A DNA stretch of 55,377 nt, taken from contig JAKPPS010000039.1 in NCBI GenBank assembly GCA_029547225.1, forward strand, positions 1 to 55,377, given 5' to 3'. Made by a program: the position numbers and the translations under genes. Origin of the DNA: a bacterium (GTDB lineage: Bacteria; Patescibacteriota; Dojkabacteria; SC72; WJKH01). Numbering within the stretch: position 1 is the stretch's first letter; every line of letters begins with the position of its first letter. The notes under the pieces were generated by a model that saw only the letters and a program-made list of their open reading frames with translations, searched no databases and was not told where the DNA came from. Of this stretch, positions 1 through 10,100 are shown one piece after another.

Positions 1-1
1 T

Positions 2-2638
2 GGTACAACAGGTAAGCTTGGTACACTCGGCTTTGCAGGTTCAACATCGGGATTGGTAACAGTACAACCTGCCGCAGCAGCAGGTACATGGACGCTGACA
101 TTGCCAACGAGTGCCGGTACAAATGGATATGTATTATCAACGAATGGCTCAGGAGTGACTACTTGGTCGGCAGTAACCTCGTTGGTAGCTGCAGACACTT
201 GGGATTATGATGATTTCGTTGATACAATGTCTCTTGATGCGAACTTGATAACTAATCAAACGACCTATACTTCAACCCACAATTATACTGGTACTACAAC
301 AACTGGATTAACATACAATGCAGATAGTGTTACGACAGCAAATGCAGTTGAGATATCAGCAGATGGATTAACTACTGGTAGTGGAGTACGGCTTTCATCT
401 ACTTCAACAGCTGGTGGAGCAAGTGTTACGAGTAGTGTTTTGTATATTGATAGAAGTGGTACAAATGCTTACAATGCACATATCTCTACTGGCATAAATA
501 TTAAGGTTGCTAATACAGGAACATCGTCAATTAATCGTGGAGTTCAATCAACTGCAAATGGTGGAAGTAATAATTATGCTGGCTATTTTGTTGTAAATGG
601 TACAACGGGTTCAAAAACTGGTTTATTTTCATGGGTTTTAAATGATTCGTCTTCAGTATCATATTCAGGATATTTTGCAAATACAACTACCAATACAACA
701 ACTGATGCATTGGCAAAATATGGTATTTTTGTAAGTTCAACTGGTAATTTTCCTGGCTCGAGTGGTCGTGCAACAACCAATTATGGTTTATATGTAGATA
801 CAGTATCTGGAGCAGATGCAAATTATGCCGCTGTTTTTGCAGGTGGAAATGTAGGTATCGGTACTTCAAGTCCTAGCGCTTTACTTAGTTTGTATGGTCC
901 ATTCAATACAATCCCTAATTTGAACATTGAAAGACGTGATCCAGATATAGCAAATGGAGATGGTTTGGGTGTAATAGAATTCGCTGGCAGTGATGCGACA
1001 GTATTAGATCAAATTGGAGCAAAAATTTATGCGGTCGCAGATAATACTTGGGACGGTGGAACGAATGACGCTCCTACTCGGTTGGAATTTTTTGTCCAGA
1101 GTAATGGTACTACAGATACTCTGACAACTCCAGCCCTCACAATTGATAGTACTGGATATGTAGGTATTGGCACACAAGCTCCTGCAGTAGCTTTAGAAGT
1201 TAGTGGTAATGGTAAGTTTAGTGCAATTGGTTCTGGAACCTATGTTGGAGCAGTTAATCGAACTTCAGATGGTACATTTACCACTGCAACTTCAGATATC
1301 CGTTTTAAAAAAGATGTTGAAACAATTACAGGAGCATTAGATAAAGTAAATCAATTAAGAGGAGTTACATTTAATTGGATAGATCCAAATGAACCAAAGC
1401 GGATGACAGGTATGATCGCACAAGAAGTAATAGATGTAATGCCTGAATTAGTCTATCAAAACCCTACGGATGGATATTATGGATTGTTGTACGGAGAAAC
1501 ATCAGGACTATTGATTGAAGCGATAAAAGAATTAGATGACAAGGTAGATAATCTTGGATTTACTGTAACCGAAATAGATGGAGTAAAAAATCTCAATTTC
1601 GATGGCACTCTAGTTGCAACAAATATCAAAGCACAAAATATCGAAGGCATGGAGATAATATCTGAAAATATATCGACACTTGAAGACACTCAGGTCTCAA
1701 CAGAACAGCAAATAACAGAGATCAATGATCAATCACTAGATTTGCAAACACGACTAAGTAGTGCGGAGATAAGCATTGCAAACAATGTTGCACGACTCGA
1801 CCAACATTCTTTAATACTTGATAGGATAACTGCGATAAATACTCAGATGTATCAATACAATATGGATATACAAGTATTGGGAGATATGTTTATTGATGGA
1901 AGTATAAATGTAAGTAGTGAAGCAATCTTTAGTGGTCAAATACTGTTTAATCAAGATACAGTCGGACAAGCAAGGATATTGACAGGTCACACAGAAGTTT
2001 ATGTTCCGTTTACTCAAGAATATAGGTATCAACCAGTTGTTACCTTAAGTATGCTCGGAAATAACAGTGTAAACAAGTTCTATGTCGACGAAGTAACGAC
2101 TGCAGGTTTCAAAATTAAAATTGATGGTGTTCAAGCAGACAATGTTACACTAAACTGGCATGCCTTTGCATCTCCAAATGCTAGATTGGTTGATAGTACA
2201 GGAGTTGTAGCTGGAATACAAACTTATCGCCCACTTAAGGGATTAGATCAGATATTTGTTGACCCTTTGATAGATGATACTTGTGTCGGTTATGTTGAAA
2301 CACAAAGTTTTAGTGAGACACATGATGGTGTAGATCTAGCAAAATATGAAGGTTGTATCATAAGCTCAGTTGGTGTCGGTCGTGTTATCTTTGCTGGTTA
2401 TGAGGATATTTCAGGTAATATTGTTAGGATAGATCATGGAAATGGTATAGTTACTGCTTATGCACATGGTACTGGTGAGTTCTTTGTAGAAGTTGGAGAT
2501 TATGTAGATGCAGGTGATCCAATCATGATGATGGGTACAACTGGTACTTCTACAGGTATTCATACGCACTTTATGTTAATACAAGATGGCACAGCTATTA
2601 ACCCTAAGGGCATAATACCGTATAATGCAATCTATTAG
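2..2638 (+). CDS. 5'-partial large fibre/adhesin-like protein with peptidase S74 intramolecular chaperone domain and C-terminal M23 peptidase
   Basis: Frame is open from base 2 (no start in window). Thr/Ser/Gly-rich beta repeats and GNVGIGT motifs; S74 signature SDIRFKKDV...LRGVTFNW...GMIAQEV; coiled-coil; M23 zinc motifs HDGVD, YAH, HTH. Confidence 0.85.
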   Translation, partial: GTTGKLGTLGFAGSTSGLVTVQPAAAAGTWTLTLPTSAGTNGYVLSTNGSGVTTWSAVTSLVAADTWDYDDFVDTMSLDANLITNQTTYTSTHNYTGTTTTGLTYNADSVTTANAVEISADGLTTGSGVRLSSTSTAGGASVTSSVLYIDRSGTNAYNAHISTGINIKVANTGTSSINRGVQSTANGGSNNYAGYFVVNGTTGSKTGLFSWVLNDSSSVSYSGYFANTTTNTTTDALAKYGIFVSSTGNFPGSSGRATTNYGLYVDTVSGADANYAAVFAGGNVGIGTSSPSALLSLYGPFNTIPNLNIERRDPDIANGDGLGVIEFAGSDATVLDQIGAKIYAVADNTWDGGTNDAPTRLEFFVQSNGTTDTLTTPALTIDSTGYVGIGTQAPAVALEVSGNGKFSAIGSGTYVGAVNRTSDGTFTTATSDIRFKKDVETITGALDKVNQLRGVTFNWIDPNEPKRMTGMIAQEVIDVMPELVYQNPTDGYYGLLYGETSGLLIEAIKELDDKVDNLGFTVTEIDGVKNLNFDGTLVATNIKAQNIEGMEIISENISTLEDTQVSTEQQITEINDQSLDLQTRLSSAEISIANNVARLDQHSLILDRITAINTQMYQYNMDIQVLGDMFIDGSINVSSEAIFSGQILFNQDTVGQARILTGHTEVYVPFTQEYRYQPVVTLSMLGNNSVNKFYVDEVTTAGFKIKIDGVQADNVTLNWHAFASPNARLVDSTGVVAGIQTYRPLKGLDQIFVDPLIDDTCVGYVETQSFSETHDGVDLAKYEGCIISSVGVGRVIFAGYEDISGNIVRIDHGNGIVTAYAHGTGEFFVEVGDYVDAGDPIMMMGTTGTSTGIHTHFMLIQDGTAINPKGIIPYNAIY

Positions 2639-2660
2639 TTAAATTTTTAAGTTGTTCGTG

Positions 2661-3575
2661 ATGCACGATTTGATTATTGTTGGTGCTGGACCTGCAGGTT
2701 ATACCGGCGCGATTTATTCAGCAAGATATGGTTTAGATACTTTAATTATTGGAGAAATGGTCGGAGGTCTGGCGAGTGAAGCACATAAAATCTGTAATTT
2801 CCCAGGCTCTTTTGAAACTTCAGGTGTCGAACTAATGTTTAAGTTTAAAGACCATGTAAATAAAGTAGGAGCTAAAGAGATCAATGATAGGGTAGAGGAA
2901 ATCACCAAAATGCAAGATGCAGAAGGTAAAGATATTTTTACAGTAAAAACTAATCGCAGTGGTGAATTTACTGCCAGAGCAATATTATTAGCTAACGGGC
3001 TTAAGCGTAGAAAACTTAACCTTCCAAACGAAAATCAATTATACGGTCGCGGATTAAATTACTGCGCCACTTGTGATGGTCCATTGTATCGTGGTAAATC
3101 TGTTACAGTAATTGGTGGTGGTGATGCTGCTACAACTGCAGCTTTATTTCTCTCGGAAATTGCTACAGAGGTACATATGATCGTCTGGGAGTCCGAACTT
3201 CATGGAGAAATGGCTTGGATCAATGCAATACTTAACAACAAAAAAGTAATTCCACATTATAACAGTGGAGTCAAAGAGTTGCTTGGTACAGATAGATTCC
3301 AAGGACTTATTACTACACGAGATGAAAAAGTTGTAACTGATGGTGTTTTTGTTGAGATAGGATTTATTCCGGATGTATCGTTAGCTACTAGCTTAGGGGT
3401 TGAGATAGATGAGAGAGGATATATTATCGTTAATAAGGATTTTTCAACAAATGTTAAAGGAGTTTTCGCCGCAGGCGATGCTACTAATGGTATGAACGAT
3501 TTTAAACAGGTTCTCACTGCTTGTGCTGGTTCAGCTATCGCTGCTCAATCAATTTTCTTGATGATAAAGCAGTAG
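2661..3575 (+). CDS. trxB: Thioredoxin-disulfide reductase family flavoprotein
   Basis: GAGPAG FAD motif, CATCDG redox motif, GGGDAA, TNVKGVFAAGD. ATG at 2661 preferred over TTG at 2652. Confidence 0.88.
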   Translation: MHDLIIVGAGPAGYTGAIYSARYGLDTLIIGEMVGGLASEAHKICNFPGSFETSGVELMFKFKDHVNKVGAKEINDRVEEITKMQDAEGKDIFTVKTNRSGEFTARAILLANGLKRRKLNLPNENQLYGRGLNYCATCDGPLYRGKSVTVIGGGDAATTAALFLSEIATEVHMIVWESELHGEMAWINAILNNKKVIPHYNSGVKELLGTDRFQGLITTRDEKVVTDGVFVEIGFIPDVSLATSLGVEIDERGYIIVNKDFSTNVKGVFAAGDATNGMNDFKQVLTACAGSAIAAQSIFLMIKQ

Positions 3576-3703
3576 TATACCCAGACTTAACGAAAAATCT
3601 ATTGTGATAGTATTTAGTAACCAATCACTTGGATAACTAACAGTATCCAAAAGAGCTTGGATTTGCTGATTTTTTATTTCCACGAAAGCGTGTGAAATTT
3701 ATT

Positions 3704-3957
3704 CTACTTTTTCTCTGATTTTGGTGCGAAAAAGAGAATGTATATCAATGGTAAAAGACCTAATGTATTGAGTATCATAAGTGCGATAAACCAGATTTTA
3801 CTGCCAGCTCTTGCGGATTTCCACAGTGCGATGGCTCTTAGGGTAATATCAAGTATTGTTAAAACTATCATCAATATAAAGGCCAATTATCTGCAAAGCT
3901 TGTTGGGAAAGAAGGGGCTATAGTTGCAATCTTTTCTACAAACAATGTATTATCCAT
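3704..3957 (-). pseudogene. DUF5652-like small membrane protein with an apparent 1-nt frameshift
   Basis: ALWKSARAGSKIWFIALMILNTLGLLPLIY is typical of DUF5652. ATG at 3957 gives MDNTLFVEKIATIAPSFPTSFADNWP, which joins the conserved frame if one T is added at CCTTTATA (~3880). Confidence 0.6.
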
Positions 3958-4110
3958 TTTTTTATGATTTAATTTAATTTCTCTGATTTACTCAATTTAT
4001 TATAATGTTGAAGTTGTAAGAATACAAGATATGCTAAGTATGATAGCCACCAATTAGCTGTTTAAATGGCTAGTATCTGTCTTGATTCTGATTAGATACT
4101 TGAGTAGATC

Positions 4111-5379
4111 TTAATCATTATCGTTCAAATATCTGTTTGCGAGCATGCCACAGGCACCGTTAATATCATTTCCTCTGGATACGCGTATAAAAACATTAAT
4201 CCCGTTTCTTTTCAATAAATCGGCGAACTCATTTATTTCTATCAATCGGTTGCTTAATATCCTTGGGCGATTATTTTTACTTTTGAAATCTTTGCTATCA
4301 CTAATATTTTCAAGATTTTTTTCTGAAATAGCTGAACTTTTATTCTTGTAATTTGTATATCGTATATCATCAATTCTAATACTTTTTGTAATATCCGGAT
4401 CATTTTTACCTCTGTTGTAATTAATTATATTAACAAAGGCTAACTGTCTAAATGGCTTAATCAAGTCAATAAGCTCGTAAGCGTCATTTACACTGTTATT
4501 GATACCATCTAAAAAAATATACTCAAAGCTGATTCGCTTATTCTGGGTAAAGGCGTAATCATGAAAAATATTGATTAATTGATCAAGCCTATTATATCGA
4601 GCAGAGGGGATAATTCTTTCCCTTATGAGCTGATTTGCACTATGTAAACTAAACGCAATTCTAAATTGCCTTTTTTCTTTTAATAACTCTGGTAATAGAT
4701 CGACAATGCCAACAGTTGATAAAGTGATATTTCTAGCTCCAAGTCCGATGAAAGAATTCGATGTGATAATATCAATAGCTTTAAGGACATTATCCAAATT
4801 GAGTAATGGCTCACCCATACCCATAATAACGATATTGGTAACATCGTTGTTAGTAGGTAACTTATATTCACTATTTTTAATAAGATCTGTTTGATCTGGA
4901 GTAGGGTTCTTTAGTATTCTTTTGAAGTACATAATCTGGTCTATTATTTCTTGTACAGAAAGATTCCGAGTAAAACCAAGTCTACCAGTTGCGCAGAATG
5001 CACAGCCCATCGGACAGCCAATTTGAGTGGAAACACACACCGTGTTGCGATCCTTTTCGCTAATTAGCACTGACTCAAATTGATTGCCATCTAGGGTTTT
5101 AAATATTATCTTTATGGTGTTTTTATCACAACTGAACTTTTTTGGCTCGAGTACGCTAAGTAAGATATTCTTTTTGATCTCTTCTCTGAGAGAGTTTGGA
5201 AGTCCAGTTATTTCGTTGAAATCGTTGACACATTGATTGAAAATTGATTGGTTGAATTGTTCAATTCTGTACTTAGGAAGCGACTTTTGCTGTGCAAAGA
5301 TTTCGAAATCAAGTGTACCTAACATTACTTGTGTTTTCGGGCTATTAATATTTGTGTTTACTGTCAAGTCTTTTTGCAT
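4111..5379 (-). CDS. rlmN: 23S rRNA m2A2503/tRNA methyltransferase RlmN (radical SAM)
   Basis: CVSTQIGCPMGCAFCATG (CxxxCxxC), MGMGEPLLN, SLHS, C-terminal GACGML; carries two extra loops. Confidence 0.92.
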   Translation of the reverse strand: MQKDLTVNTNINSPKTQVMLGTLDFEIFAQQKSLPKYRIEQFNQSIFNQCVNDFNEITGLPNSLREEIKKNILLSVLEPKKFSCDKNTIKIIFKTLDGNQFESVLISEKDRNTVCVSTQIGCPMGCAFCATGRLGFTRNLSVQEIIDQIMYFKRILKNPTPDQTDLIKNSEYKLPTNNDVTNIVIMGMGEPLLNLDNVLKAIDIITSNSFIGLGARNITLSTVGIVDLLPELLKEKRQFRIAFSLHSANQLIRERIIPSARYNRLDQLINIFHDYAFTQNKRISFEYIFLDGINNSVNDAYELIDLIKPFRQLAFVNIINYNRGKNDPDITKSIRIDDIRYTNYKNKSSAISEKNLENISDSKDFKSKNNRPRILSNRLIEINEFADLLKRNGINVFIRVSRGNDINGACGMLANRYLNDND

Positions 5380-5477
5380 ATTTTGCTTAATACTAAATTT
5401 GTTAATATTGTGTAAAAATGGTAGAATTAAGTATATATGATTATTGTATCATTTATCTTCTAAATATTCTTCTTTTT

Positions 5478-5550
5478 GCACCTGTAGCTTAATTGGCAGA
5501 GCAACTCACTCCTAACGAGTAGATTGTCGGTTCGATTCCGGCCAGGTGCG
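5478..5550 (+). tRNA. tRNA-Arg(CCT)
   Basis: Acceptor GCACCTG/CAGGTGC, D-arm TAGCTTAATTGGCAGAGC, anticodon loop CT-CCT-AA, T-loop GGTTCGATTCC. Confidence 0.92.
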
Positions 5551-5692
5551 TTTTTTGTTTTTCTCCGGTCTCTTAATGAAAATATTATTACGCTTTAGAT
5601 TTTCTCATGCATAGGAAATGTTGGAAAAATGAAAAATCCTTAATTATCGTCTCGCAATATGATATCAATTTTTTTATTTACTGATATTCTTC

Positions 5693-7711
5693 CTAGTTTA
5701 TTTCGTACACCATTATTGAAATATTCTGATCTGTTACCTCGATATGATAACTCTTGTCAGAGCTGAAGTTTGTGATGAAATATTTATTAATAATATTATT
5801 GGTATTTGTTTCTTCTGCATTTGTCGATGTCTCTGAATCTGTATTCTCAAGTCGTGACTCTTCATTTTCTGCAGGATCCTCAGTGTTATTCTCATCTATA
5901 CTTTTATGAATGAGTTGGTTTTTGCTTAGGAGCATATTTTGATTATCTCCTTCGTAATCAATAAAGTTGATGTTGTAATCCTGTTCATATAACACATATT
6001 TGCTGTTTGGTAACCATTTTATATCTGATATTGGTGAATCTTCAGTCGAATTAAGAAGAATTTTCTTACCCAATCTTGTGTAATTATCTGTTTCTTCTTT
6101 ATAAAAAGTGAATGTGTACAGTGCAAACTCGTTTTCAATATCTGCAATCTCATTTGCATCATTTTGATTCATTGAATCTTCGGAACTAATGTCTAGAGGT
6201 ATAACCGATTTATAAAGTATCATCGTATCATCAGGAGAATATGAAATGAATGTACTCGGATCTGTAGTAATAATGCTATATTTTTTATTAATTCCGTCAT
6301 ACCAGTATAATGCATGAGTTGTTTGTATTATTGTCCCACGACCTGTATCATTTGGCTTAAAACCAATTATATCACCACAAAATAGAGTGGAGTAAGGCGA
6401 ATTACTGAAAGATGCCAGTTTATTGTTATCGTTGTTAGATTGTAACAATGTGCTGATCTGTCTTAGATATTCTGGATTGTTGTTAAAATAAATTTCATCG
6501 ATAAATACTTTCTCTTCAGTCCCATTAAGCTTTTTCTGAGAAATTTTGTAATATTCTTTCTCGACCATGACGGGAGATAATGTTGTCTTCTCGGTTTCAT
6601 CAAGTTCTTCTTGTGATGAAGCGGTAGTATTATTCTGTATAGTATTGATGTTTTCAATAGTATTTGCATCTTGTCTGTACTGGTCAATAATGGTTCTTTT
6701 TTCCTTGGTTAGATAATAAAAGTTACCATATGTGTCTGTAGTCCAAATTGAAGGATTCTTAAGTAATACTGTGGTTGCACCTGTATTGAAATTGAAACTT
6801 AATACTTCACTTTTATTCGATAATATAATGTTCTTATTGTCGTCGGCCCAAGTAATTGAATAATTCTCATAGTATGAATCCAGTTGGACTTCAATAAGTT
6901 GAGCTGTGTTATCATTTGTAGTTGCGATGAAGCTTCGCTTATCTGTGATGTAAGTTTTCATTTCATCCGGATTGGTAATATTGGAAATGTCTTGACTGTA
7001 ATTTGTTAAAGTAAAAAGTATGTATTCACCATTTTCTGTTGGAAGTGCTTCTATGCTGTAAAATTGTGTTGTTGGGATATTTAAGATGGTTTTCGGGTTC
7101 TCGGATATGTCCCAGAATGCCCTGTTGAAGCGATATTCTTGAAGTGAAACAATTTCTGTCGAGTTTGTATCATAAGTCATGTCGATAGATGGATTGAGTA
7201 TAGATTGCGGACGAACCTTGCTTATAGTTGAGACATCTTTCTCTTTATCAAAAGTCTTAGATGAAATAAAAAAAAGATGATCTTCGTTTTGTGATAACAG
7301 TGTGTCGATTAATTGTCCTTCGATAGTTGTAAGGAGTTGTCCCTCAATATCATTTTTTATCATGTAACTATGAACAAAAGTCGATTTTGAGGGCATTATT
7401 TCGACCTGTTTTACCCATGGGTGATATCCGTCTTTTAATAGACTTACTGAATATTTGCCTTCCTCAAGAGATCCAACAGTTTTTGTGGTTTTGCCAATTA
7501 TTTTATCCATCAAAGATATGTCAGCTTGAGTTGGATCGCTATCTACACTTAAAACTCCAGTTTGTCTCACAGAAGAATCTTTAAAGCTTAATCTGTATCC
7601 TTTGGAATATAAAACTACAGCGATGGTACCAGTTATTATCAAGATAGGGATGATGATTATGCTAACAATGTCAAAAATCTTATGTAACAACTCTTTATTC
7701 TTCTTGTGCAT
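5693..7711 (-). CDS. PEGA-domain membrane-anchored protein with probable beta-propeller region
   Basis: N-terminal TM then YSKGYRL...TGVLSVDSDP...LEEGKYSVSLLKDGYHPWVKQVEI (PEGA); later SYSPDD and WLPNSK propeller-like repeats. Confidence 0.75.
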   Translation of the reverse strand: MHKKNKELLHKIFDIVSIIIIPILIITGTIAVVLYSKGYRLSFKDSSVRQTGVLSVDSDPTQADISLMDKIIGKTTKTVGSLEEGKYSVSLLKDGYHPWVKQVEIMPSKSTFVHSYMIKNDIEGQLLTTIEGQLIDTLLSQNEDHLFFISSKTFDKEKDVSTISKVRPQSILNPSIDMTYDTNSTEIVSLQEYRFNRAFWDISENPKTILNIPTTQFYSIEALPTENGEYILFTLTNYSQDISNITNPDEMKTYITDKRSFIATTNDNTAQLIEVQLDSYYENYSITWADDNKNIILSNKSEVLSFNFNTGATTVLLKNPSIWTTDTYGNFYYLTKEKRTIIDQYRQDANTIENINTIQNNTTASSQEELDETEKTTLSPVMVEKEYYKISQKKLNGTEEKVFIDEIYFNNNPEYLRQISTLLQSNNDNNKLASFSNSPYSTLFCGDIIGFKPNDTGRGTIIQTTHALYWYDGINKKYSIITTDPSTFISYSPDDTMILYKSVIPLDISSEDSMNQNDANEIADIENEFALYTFTFYKEETDNYTRLGKKILLNSTEDSPISDIKWLPNSKYVLYEQDYNINFIDYEGDNQNMLLSKNQLIHKSIDENNTEDPAENEESRLENTDSETSTNAEETNTNNIINKYFITNFSSDKSYHIEVTDQNISIMVYEIN

Positions 7712-7945
7712 GTTAATTCGAAAATCAAATTATTCTAGCTATTATATCTTATTGCACAATATATTTCTATTTTTTATTGTTGGTAAGATTATTATCTTGT
7801 AAGGCTCTGAAAAATTTAAAATACAAATCTTTTTTAAATAGTATTTTAGTTATTAAATATTTGATAAAATAAAGACATCGCATTATTTTGATGGTATAAT
7901 CAAACGAATTATAGATAGATTAGATAATTTCTTTATTTACCTTTT

Positions 7946-8959
7946 ATGGCAGATAAAATTGCAGATAATAAAAAATTAAAAAGATTGATGACAGGGGATA
8001 GGCCGACACATAACACTTACTCTATAGCTCACTACATCGGATCTCTTAAGTCAAGGATAATAAATCAAGATAAGTATGATACATTCGTTTTTATTGCAGA
8101 CTATCATGCATTGACAACGCATGCAGATAAAACTTCTTTGATATCCAGTAATACAGTTGGCATGATCAGGACAATGTTAAGTCTTGGTTTGGATCCCAAA
8201 AAAGTAGTCTTGTATCGCCAATCAAGGATTGTTGAAACATTCCGATTACATACGATTTTATCTATGCTTACAGCAATGCCGGAGCTTGAAAGACAGCCTA
8301 TGCTCAAGGAAAAAATAGCTTCCGGTTATAAGCTAACATACGGTTTGATGGGTTATCCAGTATTGATGGCATCAGATATCTTGATTATGGATGCAGACTT
8401 GGTACCTGTGGGTAAAGATAATGAAGCTCATATTGAGATAACAAAAGATTTAGCACGTCGTTTTAATAGTATGTACGGTCATGGAGAAGATGTCTTAGTT
8501 GTGCCCGAAGGAGAGATTGGAGAAATTGTTATTGGTCTCGATGGACAGGGAAAAGCTGGAAAATCTACAGGTGGTATATTTTTCGATGATAGTACAGAAG
8601 AAGTTAAGAAAAAAGTAATGAGTATGTATACCGATCCAACAAGATTAAAAGCAACTGATCCGGGCCACGTAGATGGAAATCCTGTTTTTATTTATCATGA
8701 TTTATTTAATACGAATACTGATGAAGTGAAGGATTTAAAGGATCGTTATGTTAAGGGTACTGTTGGAGATGTAGAAGTAAAGCAGAAATTATTAAGTGCA
8801 ATTGAGCAATTCATGGAACCAATCAGACAAAAAAGATCAGAAATAGACAAGAATATGACAGATGACGATATATTTGATTTATTAAGACAAGGTGAAGAAA
8901 TTGCAAACAACTCGGCAGAAAAAACTATAAATCGAGTTATGAAGGCGATGGATTTCTAG
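7946..8959 (+). CDS. trpS: Tryptophanyl-tRNA synthetase (divergent signature motifs)
   Basis: TGDRPT, FIADYHALT, GYPVLMASDIL, VPVGKD, MYTDP...DPGHVDGNPVFIY. Confidence 0.93.
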   Translation: MADKIADNKKLKRLMTGDRPTHNTYSIAHYIGSLKSRIINQDKYDTFVFIADYHALTTHADKTSLISSNTVGMIRTMLSLGLDPKKVVLYRQSRIVETFRLHTILSMLTAMPELERQPMLKEKIASGYKLTYGLMGYPVLMASDILIMDADLVPVGKDNEAHIEITKDLARRFNSMYGHGEDVLVVPEGEIGEIVIGLDGQGKAGKSTGGIFFDDSTEEVKKKVMSMYTDPTRLKATDPGHVDGNPVFIYHDLFNTNTDEVKDLKDRYVKGTVGDVEVKQKLLSAIEQFMEPIRQKRSEIDKNMTDDDIFDLLRQGEEIANNSAEKTINRVMKAMDF

Positions 8960-9041
8960 TTTTATTTTTATTGATTAGTTTGATTCTGGAAGCGAATTGT
9001 CAGAATTCAAATAATAATTTTTAAGTTTAGGTGGTGTAATT

Positions 9042-10058
9042 ATGTTAGGATTTTCGAAGAGAGTCGGTATCGATCTCGGGACAGCAAACTCAATAGTGTT
9101 TTTAGAGGGGCAGGGCGTAGTCTTAATGGAGCCTACAGTAGTTGCCTTAGATGTCTCAAACTACACTGTTATTGCAGTAGGACAGGAAGCAAAAGAGATG
9201 ATCGGTAAGACTCCGGATAATATTGTTGCAAAAAGACCTCTAAGAAACGGTGTAATAGCAGATAGTCGTGTGACAGAAGCCTTATTAAAATATTTCTTAC
9301 GCAAAGCTTTGGGGCGTTCAGCGTTTTTTAAACCTGAGGTTGTGATAAGTGTACCTGCAGGTATTACTTCAGTAGAAAAAAGAGCTGTACTAAAAGCTGG
9401 TATGGGTGCTGGTATTGGTAAAATGCATCTTATCCCAGAACCTCTTGCCGCTGCTATCGGTGCAGGTTTACCGATCCATACTTCATCTGGAAACATGATA
9501 GTAAACATGGGTGGTGGTACTGCAGAAATTGCCGTGATCTCCTTAAATGGGATTGTAGAATTCAGTTCATTGCGAGTTTCTGGCGATGCACTAAATGAAT
9601 CAATTATCGCTTATATGCGAAAAACTCATGGATTACTAATTGGAGAGCAAACCGCTGAACAAATAAAGATAAATATCGGTTCAGCAATTAAAGTTGCCCG
9701 CCCAAAAAGTATGGAGATAAAGGGACGAGATTCGACAGGTGGTATGCCAAGATCAATTACAATAGATTCTAACGAGGTAGCTGAAGCGTTAAAAGTTCCT
9801 TTAACTCAGATAATTCATGCAATCAAGTCGGTTTTAGAAAAAACACCACCAGAACTTTCTGCAGACATTATTGATAGAGGAATGGTCATGAGTGGTGGTA
9901 CTTCGATGTTAAGTGGCCTTGATACGCTATTGACTAAAGCTACTGGCGTTGCAGCCCATGTTGCTGAAGAACCAATATATTGTGTCGCTAAGGGCACTGG
10001 AGCCTCTCTAGAATTGCTTGCTGAAGGCAAACTTACATTAAGTAGTATGCTCGAATAG
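9042..10058 (+). CDS. mreB: MreB/Mbl family actin-like protein (stand-alone paralogue 1)
   Basis: GIDLGTAN, RPLRNGVIAD, EPLAAAIGAG, NMGGGTAEIA, LEKTPPELSADI. Confidence 0.92.
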   Translation: MLGFSKRVGIDLGTANSIVFLEGQGVVLMEPTVVALDVSNYTVIAVGQEAKEMIGKTPDNIVAKRPLRNGVIADSRVTEALLKYFLRKALGRSAFFKPEVVISVPAGITSVEKRAVLKAGMGAGIGKMHLIPEPLAAAIGAGLPIHTSSGNMIVNMGGGTAEIAVISLNGIVEFSSLRVSGDALNESIIAYMRKTHGLLIGEQTAEQIKINIGSAIKVARPKSMEIKGRDSTGGMPRSITIDSNEVAEALKVPLTQIIHAIKSVLEKTPPELSADIIDRGMVMSGGTSMLSGLDTLLTKATGVAAHVAEEPIYCVAKGTGASLELLAEGKLTLSSMLE

Positions 10059-10100
10059 AAGTGTTCTTTAAATATTCTATCCTTTGTTCAAACAGATTCT

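Noticed and set aside
2-2638. Prophage tail gene
   Set aside because: No integrase, terminase, capsid or other phage genes in the window, and trxB follows directly. Upstream sequence is not visible, so this is not fully excluded.
3870-3957. TGA recoding (code 25/4) or selenocysteine as an explanation for the broken small gene
   Set aside because: The frame hits TGA TGA TAG, so readthrough does not rescue it; conserved genes here end in TGA (23594, 41725, 45666) and have no internal TGA.
4236-4405. Inteins in RlmN, the ATP-grasp ligase or DprA insertions
   Set aside because: Too short and lacking N-terminal Cys/Ser and C-terminal His-Asn splicing motifs.
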